The notes under the pieces were generated by a model. It did no database searches. It had not been told where the DNA came from and worked only from the letters and a program-made list of their open reading frames with translations. Positions 15,801 through 29,848 of a stretch of DNA of 64,000 nucleotides are shown here, piece by piece. The DNA comes from Daphnia carinata. Its lineage: Eukaryota. Within the stretch, counting starts at the first letter, position 1. Each line of letters begins with the position of its first letter. The translations under genes were made by a program, and so were the position numbers. The DNA lies in the NCBI RefSeq assembly GCF_022539665.2, contig NC_081331.1, forward strand, positions 12,958,001 to 13,022,000. The letters run 5' to 3'.

Positions 15801-18800
15801 GTACCGAACGACCGCCCAACTTTGAATATTATTTTTTTCTTGTATAATGAATAAAGAAAGAGCTCATTTCGTAAGGGAAGTAGAACGTGATAATAGTGAA
15901 ACTCAGTCGCTGTTAATTTCACAAGTCCTCTTTGTTGGAGGGGAGGGGCCGATCAATGCGCTCGTATATGGCTGTATCGTGGCACGTGACCGGTAAAGTA
16001 GCGCTCTTCGAGCGAACATGATGGCCAACTTTCGCTAGCGTTCATTTTCCGACAGATTTTCACGACAGTCCTCGACATGCAACTTTGATGGCATAATGTA
16101 TCTTTATTAGCAAAGACATGGCAATGACAGCCATCACTCGGTCAACAACTGGCCCATGCAAAAGAAATAAATAATGAAACAAAAAAAGGAAACTTTATTT
16201 TTGGTTAGCTTCGACAGAGCCATCGCACTCGTTTGATCGATAGCATCAAATGAAGAACAAATTATACCGTCAGGGAACGATTGGCAACGGCTGTCTTGAG
16301 TGCAACAATTCGCTGAAGGAGGACGATATATTGCGCAGTCAACGACGTGACACGGATATGATTAAATTTAAAGGGAACAAGAAAAAAAAAACTCACTCCG
16401 CCTTTTGGATTGTGATAAGGGCTGCAGCGAAACGCCTACGCTGTTCAATTGGCAATGTCACTGGGGGCCTACACAGTTGGCTATCAAACGCGAATAGAAA
16501 ATGAGTAAAGCAGATTGGATGCAGCCAATTGTAGAATTCCTTTTGCATTTCTCTCGCTTTCTTTGATTGTTCCACTTGCATCGTGCATTCGTTAATGCCG
16601 CTATTCCCCCCCCCCTTTTTTTTTCGCCAGTTTTCATTGAACTTTCCAGAGCGTCGAGTCCCAATTACAGTTGTAAATTTTCTTTGAAGCGAAAATCAGA
16701 GAACAAGATCCGTAAGTTGATTTGAAAAAGAGAAAAATGGAATAAAGAAAATGAAAAAAATCAGCTTCTGGCTTCTTCCTAATTTTCCCTGAAAAAAAAA
16801 AAAAAAATCTAAAGCCATTTGATGTCAGAATAGATCGCATTGCGTTGAAGCGTTAGTTCAGTCGATAACGCGTCGTTTCTTTTAAGAGCATTCCAGCAGC
16901 TGTCGACGGATAGATTCATAATTCAACCTTTCTTTTCCTATACTGGCTTGATCAATTGATATTTATAAAGTTGCCTTTTTCACTGCGTTTAACAATTTAT
17001 CACTTCCAAATGGGTTAAGATTGCCTAACTCCTAAGTACGGCATATAACGAAAAATAAAAACAAACCACTCCTGTGGGCGAGATTTCCGCATTTGCTGTG
17101 GCACTTCAACTTTGATGTCACATTAATGAAGTCTCACGTTTCTTGCTGTCAGTCGACCTTCTAAGTGAACCAAACACTGCAGTCTAACGCACAACAGATT
17201 TCAGAGTTTCGCCATACTCTCTCAAATGACGGTGAGGGGGTGGGGGGGGGGTTCGTTTCAACCGTATGATGTAGTTCATCGTGACGAGTTACTTATTCAC
17301 CGTAAGAGTGTTACGTGACCAGTTTTTAATATAGGCTTATCATAGGTAGGCGTGAACTTTAAGACGACATAAGAAGATCTTAGAAATTCCCTTTTTTTCC
17401 CATTTGCTAATTTCAATTTGCTCAGTGCCTTTCAGATTCTTTTTTAAATCCCCGCGTCTAATTCATCCGCCTACCGGATGATGAGAAACTTTTTCCGGTT
17501 TGAAAAGAAAAATCGCCCAACTGTGGCGTCGTTTGCGCTCTCTCTTTCTTTGTTATGTATAGAATAAGGAGAACGCCTGTTCCTCTCGTTCGATCACCCC
17601 CTTTCGAGTTGCTTTCAGTTTCTTTTTACTTCTGTACATTTTACATGTAGACTGCCGCCCTATTTGAATATCGTCTTTTTTTTTTATATATATGTTTTAT
17701 TTCTTTATTTTTTTCAATCATCCCCCTTTTTTTTCTATTTCCTTTTAGAACTCAGTTCTTTGCTCTCGAATGGCACATGTTTATATGCGTTAGGCTCATG
17801 TTTTTGATGATAACGGCCACCCATCGTGCGTCATTCCTTTTTATTCGCTTCGTTCCTTCTGACTATTAAATTTTTTCCGTGATTTCCTCTTTTTTCTTCT
17901 TCTCGACATTGTATTTATTGCATTCTTTATTCTTCTCTCCGAACATCGTCACATCTCCATGACGAACTCGACATTGCAGTACTTAGATTCTCCGCTTCTT
18001 TGTTACACCGAATAGGATTCCGTCTTTGCGCTCCGACGCACTTTGAACCCAACGGCATCGCTTCGTTTGTTTTTTGTTTTTTGTTTTTTTCACCTCTTGT
18101 TTTTTCTTTTTTTTTTTCTCTCTTTAGTTCTCAATTTGTCAAGACGTTTCACTTACTTGTTCCTCTTCGGCAGCTACACTGTGTACTGGTTCACAGGTTT
18201 TTACGCTCTCTTTTCCCCCCGATTCTTCATAGGACATTGTTGCGCAGAATGTACGTACTTTAAATGGGCGGATGCCGACATTTATTTACGTAGTGCGCAC
18301 ATTCCACCAAAAAAAAAAAAAACACAGAATAAAAAGAAATAGTACCATAAAGTAGCGGTTGCCGTTTGTTTTGTTTTTCTCTTTCTTTACTGGATGTGTA
18401 AAACAAAAGAAATAACGCGAAAAAAAAAAAAAAAAAAAAAAGAAGTTGGACGCTCTCGGAAGAATGCAATCACGGTGCAGAGCCAAATAAAGAAAAAATG
18501 CAGCCAAAATGACAATAGAATTGCCATTGATGATTCAATTAGCCAATCATTGTGTGCGGCAACCGGCAGCTGCTATCCTTTGGCCAGCGGATTTGGCTTC
18601 GTGCCATCCCAATCCACCGCTCGATCCCCTTTTTGTTTTTTGCCTTTCGGCAATTGCTTTTTGATCGACTTGATCTCATCGCTTTCTGCTCCATTTTTTT
18701 GTTTGTTTGTTTCACTGTTGTTGTTTTTCAGCCTTTACGGTACACTCTATATTAATCGATCTCGTTAAATGTAAACACGCATTTAGATAACCTCCTTTAT

Positions 18801-21800
18801 TGACATACGGTTCGATCGTTACGGCTGTTCACTGGTGTAGAACGATGACAAAACAACAACGACTTTTGCTTTGAAACAAAATCTGTTCGGTTAGGAAGAA
18901 ACGCATCCGAATGCGACGTTATGTCGCCGAGCAACTCGACTGACAGCATCGCGCAGTCAACAATGCGATCGATCTTGCTGGGGAAATTCTAAACACATCG
19001 CCACTTTTTTTTTTCTATCCTGTTTACACGAAATAAAAGAAGAAGAGATGGGAGGGGAAATAACAAAAATGTGACGTTGTCCTTTGCAGAGGAACCTTGC
19101 GAGGGCACCAACAAGTCGTTTCTGTTTTCCGATACGTTGCGTGAGCGATGACTCTGTAAGAAAGCCATCTATTTTCTTTTGTAGACTGTTACACACACTG
19201 TGAGTAGACACTCTCTCGCTATGGCAAGCTGCATGACGTGCCGAAGAAGACAGTTTGGCGCTTGACAAATGGTCTACATTCTGGCCAAAGACGACAACCG
19301 AGTGGGGCAGAAGCGTACACAAGGCAATAGGCAAAAAGGACAGCATCTTCAAACGAAAAACTGTGGCTACATACAAATCATCCGTCATTGGATGAAATGG
19401 CTGTATCCGTATCAGCTCGTATGCAGTGCACAATATTTGTCCCTCTCCGTCTCTTTATAGCCTCTGTCTGCATTTTGCTTTATGAGTCATCTTTAAGGCG
19501 TACGTATTTCTTAACTATAGATGGTTCTACCAACGAATTTGTTCCACCGTATCTGTTGTGCGCATCGGCCCTGGCTGAAGAGAGTTTAGGGATTTGAATC
19601 GCCATTTTTCTCTTTCATAATGAGGATGCTGAATCCTAATTCTTTCAAACGAAGGCACAGCTGTTGTTCATCATACAAAGCGGGAACTGAAAAAAAGAAA
19701 AAATTAAGGCAAACGAAAGAAAGAAAAAGAAAGTGATGTGGGAAGCGCATTGGCATTATTTCCCATGGCGATGCGTCGAGGGCCGGAAGAGAAAAAAAAA
19801 AGATGAGATGGAACACGTAATACATGTCTAGTCGACTGCTTTATTACACTGCGAGTTTGCTCTGAAACTAGGCCTCCGCCTGAAACAGGGATTCAAAAAA
19901 AAAACCCGCCTCTGGTGGAAAGCGTCTAAGAACATCTCATCTCCTCGTAATTAAGAATTGACTGGATGCAGAAGGCAAGATGGATTGCTAATTGATTTCT
20001 TCAACTTTAACAGATGTACATGCAATCATCACCAAACATAATAACGTGCTACTCCTAATTCGCCTACCTAATAATGATTGGTGACGAAGAACAAGTTTTG
20101 TAATCGTCAAAGAAGATGAAACGATCTATGACGGGCGGCAAAGGCGTTGGTTCAATAGCACACGATTTTTTTCTGACATCAAAAGATGCAAACACGTGCG
20201 CAGTGGATGACAGCACTAACATGTAGAGTGTCTTCAAAGAGGTGGAACAGATTCTTAGGTGATGATAACGACGACAAAATCGAATGCCTATCTTTGGTGT
20301 GATTTTTCTTTTTTCAAATCTTGTCTTCCGTGCAGGATTTCAACGCGTTCCAAGCGTCAAATAATGACGTCGCGACAGCCGTCAATTTTTTGAGAAAAAA
20401 TTTCTCATTTAAAAGGAGACAATTATAAAATTGATTTTTCTTCGTGGCTTGCCAGTCATATTTCAGGCGTGTTTCCGTTCAAATGTTTTCTCATTTCCTA
20501 TGATTATCTAAGCATTTATCTTTTTCTCATTCAGTTTACAACGGGTGAAAACTTGTTTATCCGAGGACTGAAATAGAGTCGCTCGTCAGTATCGCTCTTC
20601 TTCAATCAGCAAGAGAGAGAAAGAAAGAGAGAGAGAGAAACTGTTTAGATTCCCAACGGTCCTCTATAGCCGCTCCGATAAAGTTTATAATATACATAAG
20701 AGAATATTGCGAAATATGCATATCGATTTTTCTGTCCTGTCTCATTTCGTTTTATTGTCCTGTTCGTCCATTGGACTTCGTGCAGTTTGAAACATTCGAT
20801 TGTCTACGAGGGACAATCAAGTTTGAAAAAGACGGTTTCGTAGAATGTCAATCATTCCCTTCAGCGTACACGAAGTTCCGCTTAACTCTATTGCATTCCT
20901 CTTGTTTAGTTTTGTATGCTTTAAAAATATTTTAAAAAAAATAGGAAGTTCACTTTAGAGTTGCGTGTTGCCAGGCCTCTGACAGAGTGTATTACTCGTT
21001 TGATATTCCCGCGATCGTATTAGGCTCAGTGCAATATCGCTTATTTAATATCGACTCAATATGCGTGTGTACTCACTTGGATATTCTTCGTAAACGTGCG
21101 TCAGTTCTCGATGATATTAGTAAAAAAAAAACTAGTAGCGAACGAAATAGGTCTGTTGTTTATCGAAATTGGTATGGTAATTGGTTTTTGTCGTTGATCG
21201 ATCAAATATTAGGGACAAACGTCAGACATAATCTGCTTTCGAAATTACTCTAGACTAGTTGATGAGTTTAATAACACAATAATGTAGGCAAACAAAAAGA
21301 TCACGTGACCGAGTTTTCACTTGTTTTTGTGAACGATTTACAGTTGCCCGAGAAAACGTGAAACTAACAGGCAGCAGAAACTATGTTAGAACGATGGAGA
21401 AATAATGATAATTCAGTAGATTTTCTTTCCGTCGTCTCCTTTTTTTTTCCCCTTTGTTGTGATATGTATTTTTAATAGGCAAAACTTTTACCCCACTGTT
21501 CGTTTTCCTTTTTTTTCTTTTAAAAGTCGATCCCGTTAGGAATAGCTATAAAAACAAGTCTATACGCTGACTTAACGTACAGTACAATTTATTTATCTCG
21601 TAGCATTTGCATTAAAATAAGAAAACAGGCGCGATGTAGTTGCTGCATGAAATAAAAGAATGGGGGGGAAAAATATGGGATGTTGAATGCTGATGGAAAA
21701 AAAAAGAAAGAGAAACCATATTTCATCCAGTTCTTGGTGTCGGTGATCATCGCCTTTCTTCCTCACTCTCTTTATCCACTTCGTCTTCTTTAGCTTCCGG

Positions 21801-24800
21801 GGAAAAAAAAAAAAACAGGCGAATACATGAAGAATGACTTTCACCCGCCCCTTTTGCACAATTTATTTGCTTCTCTTCTTTTAATTCACGAAGCTTCCTT
21901 TCTCTTTTTCATGGCAGCTCGATCCCCCTCTGTACACTGTACCATCACGTACAGTATACAGCAATTGTCAAGGAATGTAATTTTTTTAGTTTTATGCTTT
22001 CAAATTCAAGCGCTAACTGTTTGAATGGTTTTCAACTTTAGTGATTATTGGAGCACAAAAACAATGAGGAAACAAAAGCCTGTCTTGGCATCTCGAGTTG
22101 CGCACGTATGCGCTAATCAGGGTAGCCAAAGTTGAACGCAAATGGGATCCCGCAAAACTTTGAGAAGATGGGCGTTTTTCTCTTCGGTGACCGCGACGCA
22201 ACTTTGTGCGGCCGAGGGTGTTGTAGCCGTGTCACGCTCTGTGTTCGCTTAATGCAAGGCGCAGCCTAACTTTTCCATGACCTCTAAAATGGCAACTCGT
22301 GGGACGTGCAAAAGTCCGCCCGACCAACTGACGTACAATCACCGCAGATTGGATGTAATAAAAGAAGAAGATGGACAATAAAATATTTTCGTTTTCGGAG
22401 GAAAGACGATGCGATTTCTTATGTAAAAGGATTTAGGGGACCGACAGGCGCGCACACGAAATCAACGGCTGTGGTCGGATAGCCGAACTTTACTATGCCG
22501 CAATCAAAAAATAGGGAAGCAAAGAGGATGGAAAGAAAATAGTCTCGCAAAGCTCTTCCTTTTTTCCCCCCAGACTTTTTTTTTTTTTTTTGTAAACATC
22601 CCCTCATTTTGATAGAATGAAACTTGTTCAATGAACTGGCCGCGCCTTTGTTGTCTCCTATATTGTTGGTGTGCCGTCCTTTCATTATCCGCCAGCTGAA
22701 CGTTGTTGTCGTCCACCATATTTTTCGTTAGGATGTCCTTCTCTGCAAAGCGTCACTAAGTTAAGCCGTGGAAGTTTTCATCCCGAATCGCCGCATGCCG
22801 CCGCCCTTTATAACTTTTCCGCAGCGAAGGGCATCCGGCAAGTTGAGTCGTTGAGAGGAAGCGACAGATTCATAGCAGCTTGGGCTGCTGAGAGACGATG
22901 TCTAATAAATAGACGAGAAATGGCGGTAGGGAGGCGAACGTCAGAGAATAATGTACGCACGAGAAAAATGAAAAGTGGATCCTGATATGGATTTAGGACT
23001 ACCCCCCTCCGTTGAATCGTTCACGCGCGTGATGGACTGCCTGACTAAGGCCTTCTTTTCGATTCCGTCAAGCGACCAAGGCCGTGCCCCGCCCGTCTTA
23101 CACACAATTTATAGCCGTCCACTATTTCTGCTTTGTGCGCTTTTTAGTGTATATAGCAAGCAGACTGGTCATGGATTTACGTTACTTCTTTATAGAGAGA
23201 GAGAACACACACCCGGAAGAAAAATCTCTTCTAAACCTCAAGCAACTGCGAAAAGAAAATAGATATCCTTTTATGATCATAGATTAGAATTATGGTTGGT
23301 CTGCGATCTTGATCAGGCGGCGTCGTTTCGCAGTTTATTGCGAAAGTTTCCGTCTGTAAGTTCTCGCTTTCGTACAAGATTGCTAAAATTGGAGGGACGG
23401 TGGGCTGTGCTAAAAAAAAAAAGCGACATATTATTGCTAATGCACCGAGTCTTTTTCGTGATGCACGATGTTTTGGACATCGTGAATTTTAACTCAATGT
23501 CAATGCATACATTTTAACATCTGTGTGGAGTGGTGGTTTTTTTCCTATCAATAATAGAGACCCACCTACGTAGAATCGAAAGGGAAGTAAAACAATTCGT
23601 TCTACTAAAAGCCCATCTCTAATATTCCAAGTTCTTCCGTTATTTTGTTCTGCGGAAAGACGAATAACCACAAATAAATTCTTTTTGTTACCGTGGTTTC
23701 AACGTACTTGTATGTGTTACCTCTGTTTGGCTTCTTTTATTCGATGAACAAGAAATAGCTTCCGCAATTTCAGGGGGGAATGTGCTCACAGCAGGAAATT
23801 CACGTTGTCAAAATCAAGTAAAATTCATCTGTAAGTTTCTCCCTGAATTGGGAAAGAAATGAAAAGTGGATGAAAGTGGGAACAACGTCATTTCCTGTGT
23901 GCAATGTTTACCCATGGTGACAGGGGAATCGTGATAGAATGCGCTGTTTGTACATAGTTGTTTATTGATCGAAAATTAGTTCGTAATGTTCTCCCTCTCT
24001 TCTGGAACCCTCCTCGGATTTCCCCCCCCTCCATATCACCCAAATTCATTCCAATTTTCATGGCGCTCGTCATCCGCCCAATCCGTCTATTCTTACGGAT
24101 TACATCAGACTAAATTGCCAAATGGAAGTTATCGTTTACATATTGTCATTACCGGCTGCGCAGCTGCTCTGACTAACGGTCTCGTCCGTTATAACTTTTT
24201 TAGCGGATCCGTGCCATTTCCAGCGACTCAGCTGGAATGTGCGCGTATATTAATCAGGGACTCTTGAATACATCAAAAGTAGACCCTTGCCTGTACCATT
24301 ACCTCATTACCTTGTCTGGGGTGGGACGTGATGATCAGACATCGATATTATGGCATTGGCTGCATGATGATGCGTGAATTATTTTAATGAAAAATGATAC
24401 GATTCTCACGTTATGTAATAAACCCAATTTCGTTCACGCTTTGAATTCGCTTATTCTGTATGCAGATTTTTTAACAACCACCGTAATTGATTTATTCTTT
24501 ATTCTGCTCCTTATTTTCAATCAACGGCAAATTGAAGCAGACTTGTTTTAATCCAAACTAAGCTCGGCGTGAAAAACTGAACATTAATGTAGCTAATCAA
24601 TTAAAGATGTGAACGAGCTTAAACCTTGTACATTTTATTCTTGTTTATAGCTGCATTTTCCTTATCTTATGTCTATACTGTTAATTATTAGCCAATCAAA
24701 ATGAATAATTATTTTTTCTTTTTACATTTTTATCTAACAGGCTATGCGTCATGTTCCTGGTTCCGAGCACAGCTTTTGTAGCGGCGCTTCTCTTCGCTGT

Positions 24801-27800
24801 ACATCCGATACACACGGAAGCGGTAGGTCTCTCCCCGTTCTCTTTCTGGCTGTATTAAAAAAAAAAAAAAAAAAAAAGATTACGTCCATCATCCTCGACT
24901 AGCACTCGCTCCCAAATCACTTACGCTGAGGCTGTGTGCCTTTGGTTAGCGAAGCGACACCGACTAACGCGATGAAAAATTTAGAACCGTATTGTCCTGC
25001 AGCATGTGGCCTCCATACTTTGCCCTAGGAATTGGGAATGGTGGACATCAACATAAGCGGATAAAAGAAACGAACCAAGGACCGACTATCTCCCAGTAGC
25101 CGAGCGTCCTTCGTTTGCTGATCCAATCAGACGCTACTCGCTAGAGGACTGTGCGGGGAGAAAAGCGGAAGCGATGTGACTAGCTAGATACAAAAAAGCA
25201 TTAAAGAGTCGATTTTGGAACGATGAAAAAGAAAGTATGTGTGGCAAAGAGGATCGCAAGTTTAAGCATTCGCGTGGACTGTACGACACGCGCGGGCATA
25301 ACGACTGCCGTGGGTTTACAGTGCCGCCTACGCGCAGGCTTGTTCTTCGAAATTTAATAGCTGAACTAGTAAACTGTGGTGGTGAAAGAAAAAAGATTCA
25401 CACGCGAAAATCCCTCCGTGTGATAAGCTTGAGTGTCATCAACTGATTGTGTTGCTTTATTTCTCTTTCGCCAATGATTGGCGCTAGTCAAAACGAATTG
25501 TTTCTTTGAATGACTAGCTGAATTAAACGTATAGTATCGTCCTAACTTATTACGAGGCAACACGAAAAAGTTTTATCAGATGAGTCGCAGTGAGAAGCCA
25601 CGTACGAGGGAAAGGGGGTTTAACATCGCAAGAAAAAAGAAGTTGAGCCGTCGGTCGTGTGGGATGGACCTTTCGTGACATTGCCGTTTACGCGTCGTGG
25701 GTTTGCACAGTTTGGTGCGTCGAACGCATTGTATGGTTTCCCGTTATCACACCGACGTCACAGTGTAACCCATCTTGGAATTTTAGGCTTTATCGGATCG
25801 CAAAGCCCACGGTCATCGTTTTGACACGCTCTTTAAATTTTGTATGTTAGGGCCTGACCAGGCATGTTACACTTAATGGAATTCACGTGGATAATTCGCG
25901 TTTCGATGTTGTTTTGTTGCATATTTCAGGTGACGGGTGTGGTGGGACGAGCAGAGCTGCTGTCGGCCGCCTTTTCATTGGTAGCTTTCCTTGTTTACAG
26001 CAACAGCATCGGTCGATCAGGCAGAACAGGTACCGTGTTTCCCTTTTCTATATGAATGTGGTTGCCCATTAAATTATTCCTTTTCCCATCCCCACTTCGC
26101 TGGTGGGGAACATCATCAAAGTTGAAACAATTCCTGTTTCCTCTTTGAAAATCACTTTTGTTTGTGTTGCTCCTACGATTTCTATATGGATTCTCGATTG
26201 TTTGAATAATTCGACATTAGGATGGAGCGGCCTGGCTGTAACAATTGTGCTCGTCACCTGCGGCATGCTGTGCAAAGAGCAAGGGATCACCGTCGTAGGC
26301 ATTTGCCTCATCTACGATCTGTGCATCATCAATAAGGTAAGTTTGATACGCTCCATTTACATACTATGCATCTGCTAGTTGTACAATCACGCCGTACCTA
26401 CGCCTCTTTCGGCGAAGCTTCTGTTGACACTGTGACAGTTCCCTTCGGCTTTTGACGTTCGTTCTTAGGAACTGTTTGAATAAGGGAAGTCAAATGTATG
26501 CCTCCACTTGAACTTGTTGCAGTGATACGATCAAGTATTTATGGACGTTGGAGTGATCGTTCCTTCGCCGCCAGGGAATGTTCAATTTGCTCACTTAACA
26601 ATAGCCTATACACACTGCACATGTACACACAGCAGAGCGAAGTAGAATTCACTTGCTGCTCTCGCTGGGAGCTTTGCTACCGATAACGTTCCGCTAGACA
26701 GATGGGAGGGAGGACGAACATGAATAAAAACTTGCAGGCATAACGGCGCTAAGAGAAACCCTATCAATCAGATTGAACAGCACAATTGAAAAACCTCTTT
26801 TCACGATAACGAATTGATGTACCATAACAATAATACCCTACCGCGGCCTATCAAACGCGCTGCTCTTCGTATTCTGTCGGTCGATAAGCGAAGCAATTAT
26901 TTTATTTCATTTGAAGTGCAAATTAAATTTTTAATCAATCTGATTACCTTGCTAATTAAATCTTAATTTCCATGCAATGTCGTGGAACCCAAAAAAAAAC
27001 AACAGCTGTATGGCAACCAGTTAATGAAAGTCGTCAAGGCTTCGCTCGGTGCCGGTGGACAGTTGGCGATGCCCGGGACCAGTTCCAGCCACGTTGGAAG
27101 CAAAGCGTTACATCTGGCGGCCGCCAGCTGCGGTCGAACTCGTTCGATTTTCCAACGCACTGCTGTCCTGGCCATGTCGACGTTGGCCCTCCTTGGTGCC
27201 AGGATGTACGTCATGGGATCACAATTGCCCGTCTTCACTCGGTGAGTTTTATTTTCTCAACAGAATACGATTGTTGTTTAGGTAAAAATACATCGATTTT
27301 ATGTATCTCATTCTACAGGTTCGATAATCCAGCGTCTGCTTCATCATTCCCTGGCCGTCACTTGACTTACAGTTATCTGGCAGTTCTTAACGGCTGGTTG
27401 TTGGCCTTCCCGTCGTCGCTTTGCTGTGACTGGACAATGGGCACAGTAGCTCTCGTCGAATCGCTTTCCGATCCACGTAATCTTGCTACTCTACTCTTCT
27501 TTTTCATCACTGCCCGTTTTGTGTGGGCAGCGCTGATACAAGGAGACCCGATCATTATCACGGTATGGGCCTAATTTATATGGGTTGTGTTTGTGTGTTT
27601 GAAAGATAATGAAAAAGGAGGGAGTCTAACGGCTGCTTTAATTGAACAGGCATTTTCGTGGATGGTGTTGCCGTTTCTGCCGGCGTCCAACTTGTTTTTT
27701 CCCGTCGGTTTCGTCGTAGCGGAACGTGTCCTCTACATACCGTCCATGGGCTTCTGCCTCTTGGTCGCCTACGGATGGTCAAAATTAGCAAATTACACTA

Positions 27801-29848
27801 AACCGAGGTTTGATTTAAACATCACAGTGAAATGAAATGCCCAACTAACATGAGAAACTTAATTTCCACGTATTTCAGCTGGTCAAAAGTGGTCCATCTC
27901 AGCGTTGTGTTGCTGTTTGCGTTCCACTGTTTGAAGACGTACGTTCGTAATTTTGACTGGGAATCGGAGCAAGCCATCTTCAGTGCTGGATTACGAGTCA
28001 ATCAGCGTAATGCCAAGTTGTTCAACAATGTTGGTCACGCCCTCGAAAGTCAGGCTCAGTATACGGAAGCCCTCGAATACTTCCTTCAAGCCGTCAAGTA
28101 AGGCGATTTGTAATGCTGCGTGTCTCACCAAGTAGAGCCACAAGCAATTCACTGAATCGTGTAATCCTGTATCTCTGATTGATTCACAGGGTTCAAGATG
28201 ACGACATCGGAGCTCACATCAATGTCGGTCGCACCTACAACAACCTAGGAAGGTTCAAAGAGGCAGAAGAAGCTTATCTAAAGGTAACGTTGTGTTCGTT
28301 TGCAACCCTACAAGGGCAATTCAAATCTCAAATTGATCCCCCGCGAGAAACTTGATATCAACTGGTGTTGGGGTTGTCCTTTAACAGGCCAAATCCTTGC
28401 TACCGAGGGCCAAGCCTGGTGAGAGTTACCAAGCCCGCATCGCCCCGAATCACTTGAACGTGTTCTTAAATCTGGCCAATCTCATCGCCCGCAATGAGAC
28501 CCGGCTCGGCGAAGCGGACGCTCTTTATCGCCAGGCTATTTCTATGCGAGCTGATTATACTCAGGCATATATAAACCGAGGAGATATCCTCATCAAAATG
28601 AACAGGTACGCGTATAACGACGTAACCCCAGTTATCGAATATGATTAAAATCTATCTTTTACATGGGAACATTTTAGAACTAAAGAAGCCCAGGAAGTTT
28701 ACGAGAAAGCTTTATTCTATGATAGAAATAATCCCGATATCTATTACAACGTAAGTATTAATTATCGTCTCCATTGCTATAATCAGAAGCAATCATCAAC
28801 GAGCATTGTTCGCTTTCAATTACGTTGACAGCTAGGAGTGGTTCTGTTGGAACAAGGCAAACCAAGCCAGGCATTGGCTTACCTAGAACGGGCTTTGGAA
28901 CTAGAACCCGATCATCAGGCTTCACTACTCAACTCGGCCATCGTCCTTCAAGAAATGGCTGCAAACGACAAAAGCCATCATGACGTAAATACCATTAAAA
29001 ATTTCATTGTCAATGTTTTTTTTTTTTAGCTGTTAACTCGTTATTTCATTAAGCTAATATGATTATTTTTGAAGGACATCGATATGGACTCTTCGCAGAA
29101 TGAAGTCAATGTGGAGGTTACCCAGTGGCGCCGGCGAGAGGCCACCAAACGTTTAAAACATTTGCTGCAACTTGACCCGAGCAACGAACGAGCTTTGTTT
29201 AACCTGGGAATGTTGGCCATGGACAATGGCGACATGCCGTCGGCTGAACATTTTTTCAAAGTACGTCGACATATGTGTGGGTTTCTTTCCTGTGATTCAT
29301 TTAATTGAACGTATTTGTGTTCTCTGCTAGGCTTCGGTGCTACTCAAATCAAATTTTAGATCTGCCCTTTTCAATTTGGCTCTTCTTCTAAGTGACACCG
29401 GACGGCCATTGGAAGCGGTACCCTTTCTCAAACAACTTGTTCATCATCATCAGGATCACATCAAAGGCCTGATCCTATTGGGCGACATCTACATCAACAG
29501 CATGAAAGATCTCGAGGCCGCTGAAGGAGTAATATCATTTCCCCTTAGAAACTCGAGCGATTATCTAATTGTCTTCTATTGATCTGATTGCAGTGTTACA
29601 TAAGAATTCTTGAGCTGGATCCAATGAACGTGCAAGGACAACATAATCTGTGCGTTGTCTACGTGGAACGAGGAGATTTGAGCGCGGCTGAGAAGTGCTT
29701 GCAACAAGCTCACCGATTGGCCCCTCACGAGGATTACATCGTCCGCCACCTGAACATCGTCCAGTCGCGCATTGCCAAGTTGATTGCCGCCCAACAGAAG
29801 AAACAGCAGCAACAAAAAAGAGTCGATAAGAAAGACCAGCATCTCTGA
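6854..29848 (+). CDS. TMTC3: Protein O-mannosyltransferase TMTC3 (transmembrane and TPR repeat protein); 5' exons lie upstream of the window
   Basis: Hand-spliced GT-AG exons in continuous frame: 6854-6990, 24741-24822, 25930-26029, 26221-26336, 27006-27241, 27319-27562, 27650-27807, 27879-28097, 28190-28283, 28388-28605, 28678-28750, 28832-28984, 29075-29260, 29331-29528, 29594-29848. TMTC motifs: [100 protein letters not shown]3-type TPRs: [60 protein letters not shown] did not see the N-terminal DD/DFWG loop exon in 1-6853. Confidence 0.93.
8594..8681. repeat. Compound (GT)n/(GTCT) microsatellite
   Basis: About 88 nt of TG dinucleotides with occasional TC interruptions, read directly. Confidence 0.95.

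Noticed and set aside
22790..22830. Minus-strand TATAAA in a GC-rich patch within the TMTC3 intron (nested gene promoter?)
   Set aside because: There is no correctly spaced Inr and no downstream exon structure that I could support.
92..24700. Many 60-226 aa ORFs in the TMTC3 introns
   Set aside because: They are dominated by poly-F/poly-K or HT/CV runs produced by homopolymers and microsatellites, and show no recognisable domains. The only real exon is 6854-6990.
29825..29848. ER-retrieval signal at the TMTC3 C-terminus (KKDQHL)
   Set aside because: The lysines are at -5/-6 rather than -3/-4, and DQHL is not a convincing KDEL variant.
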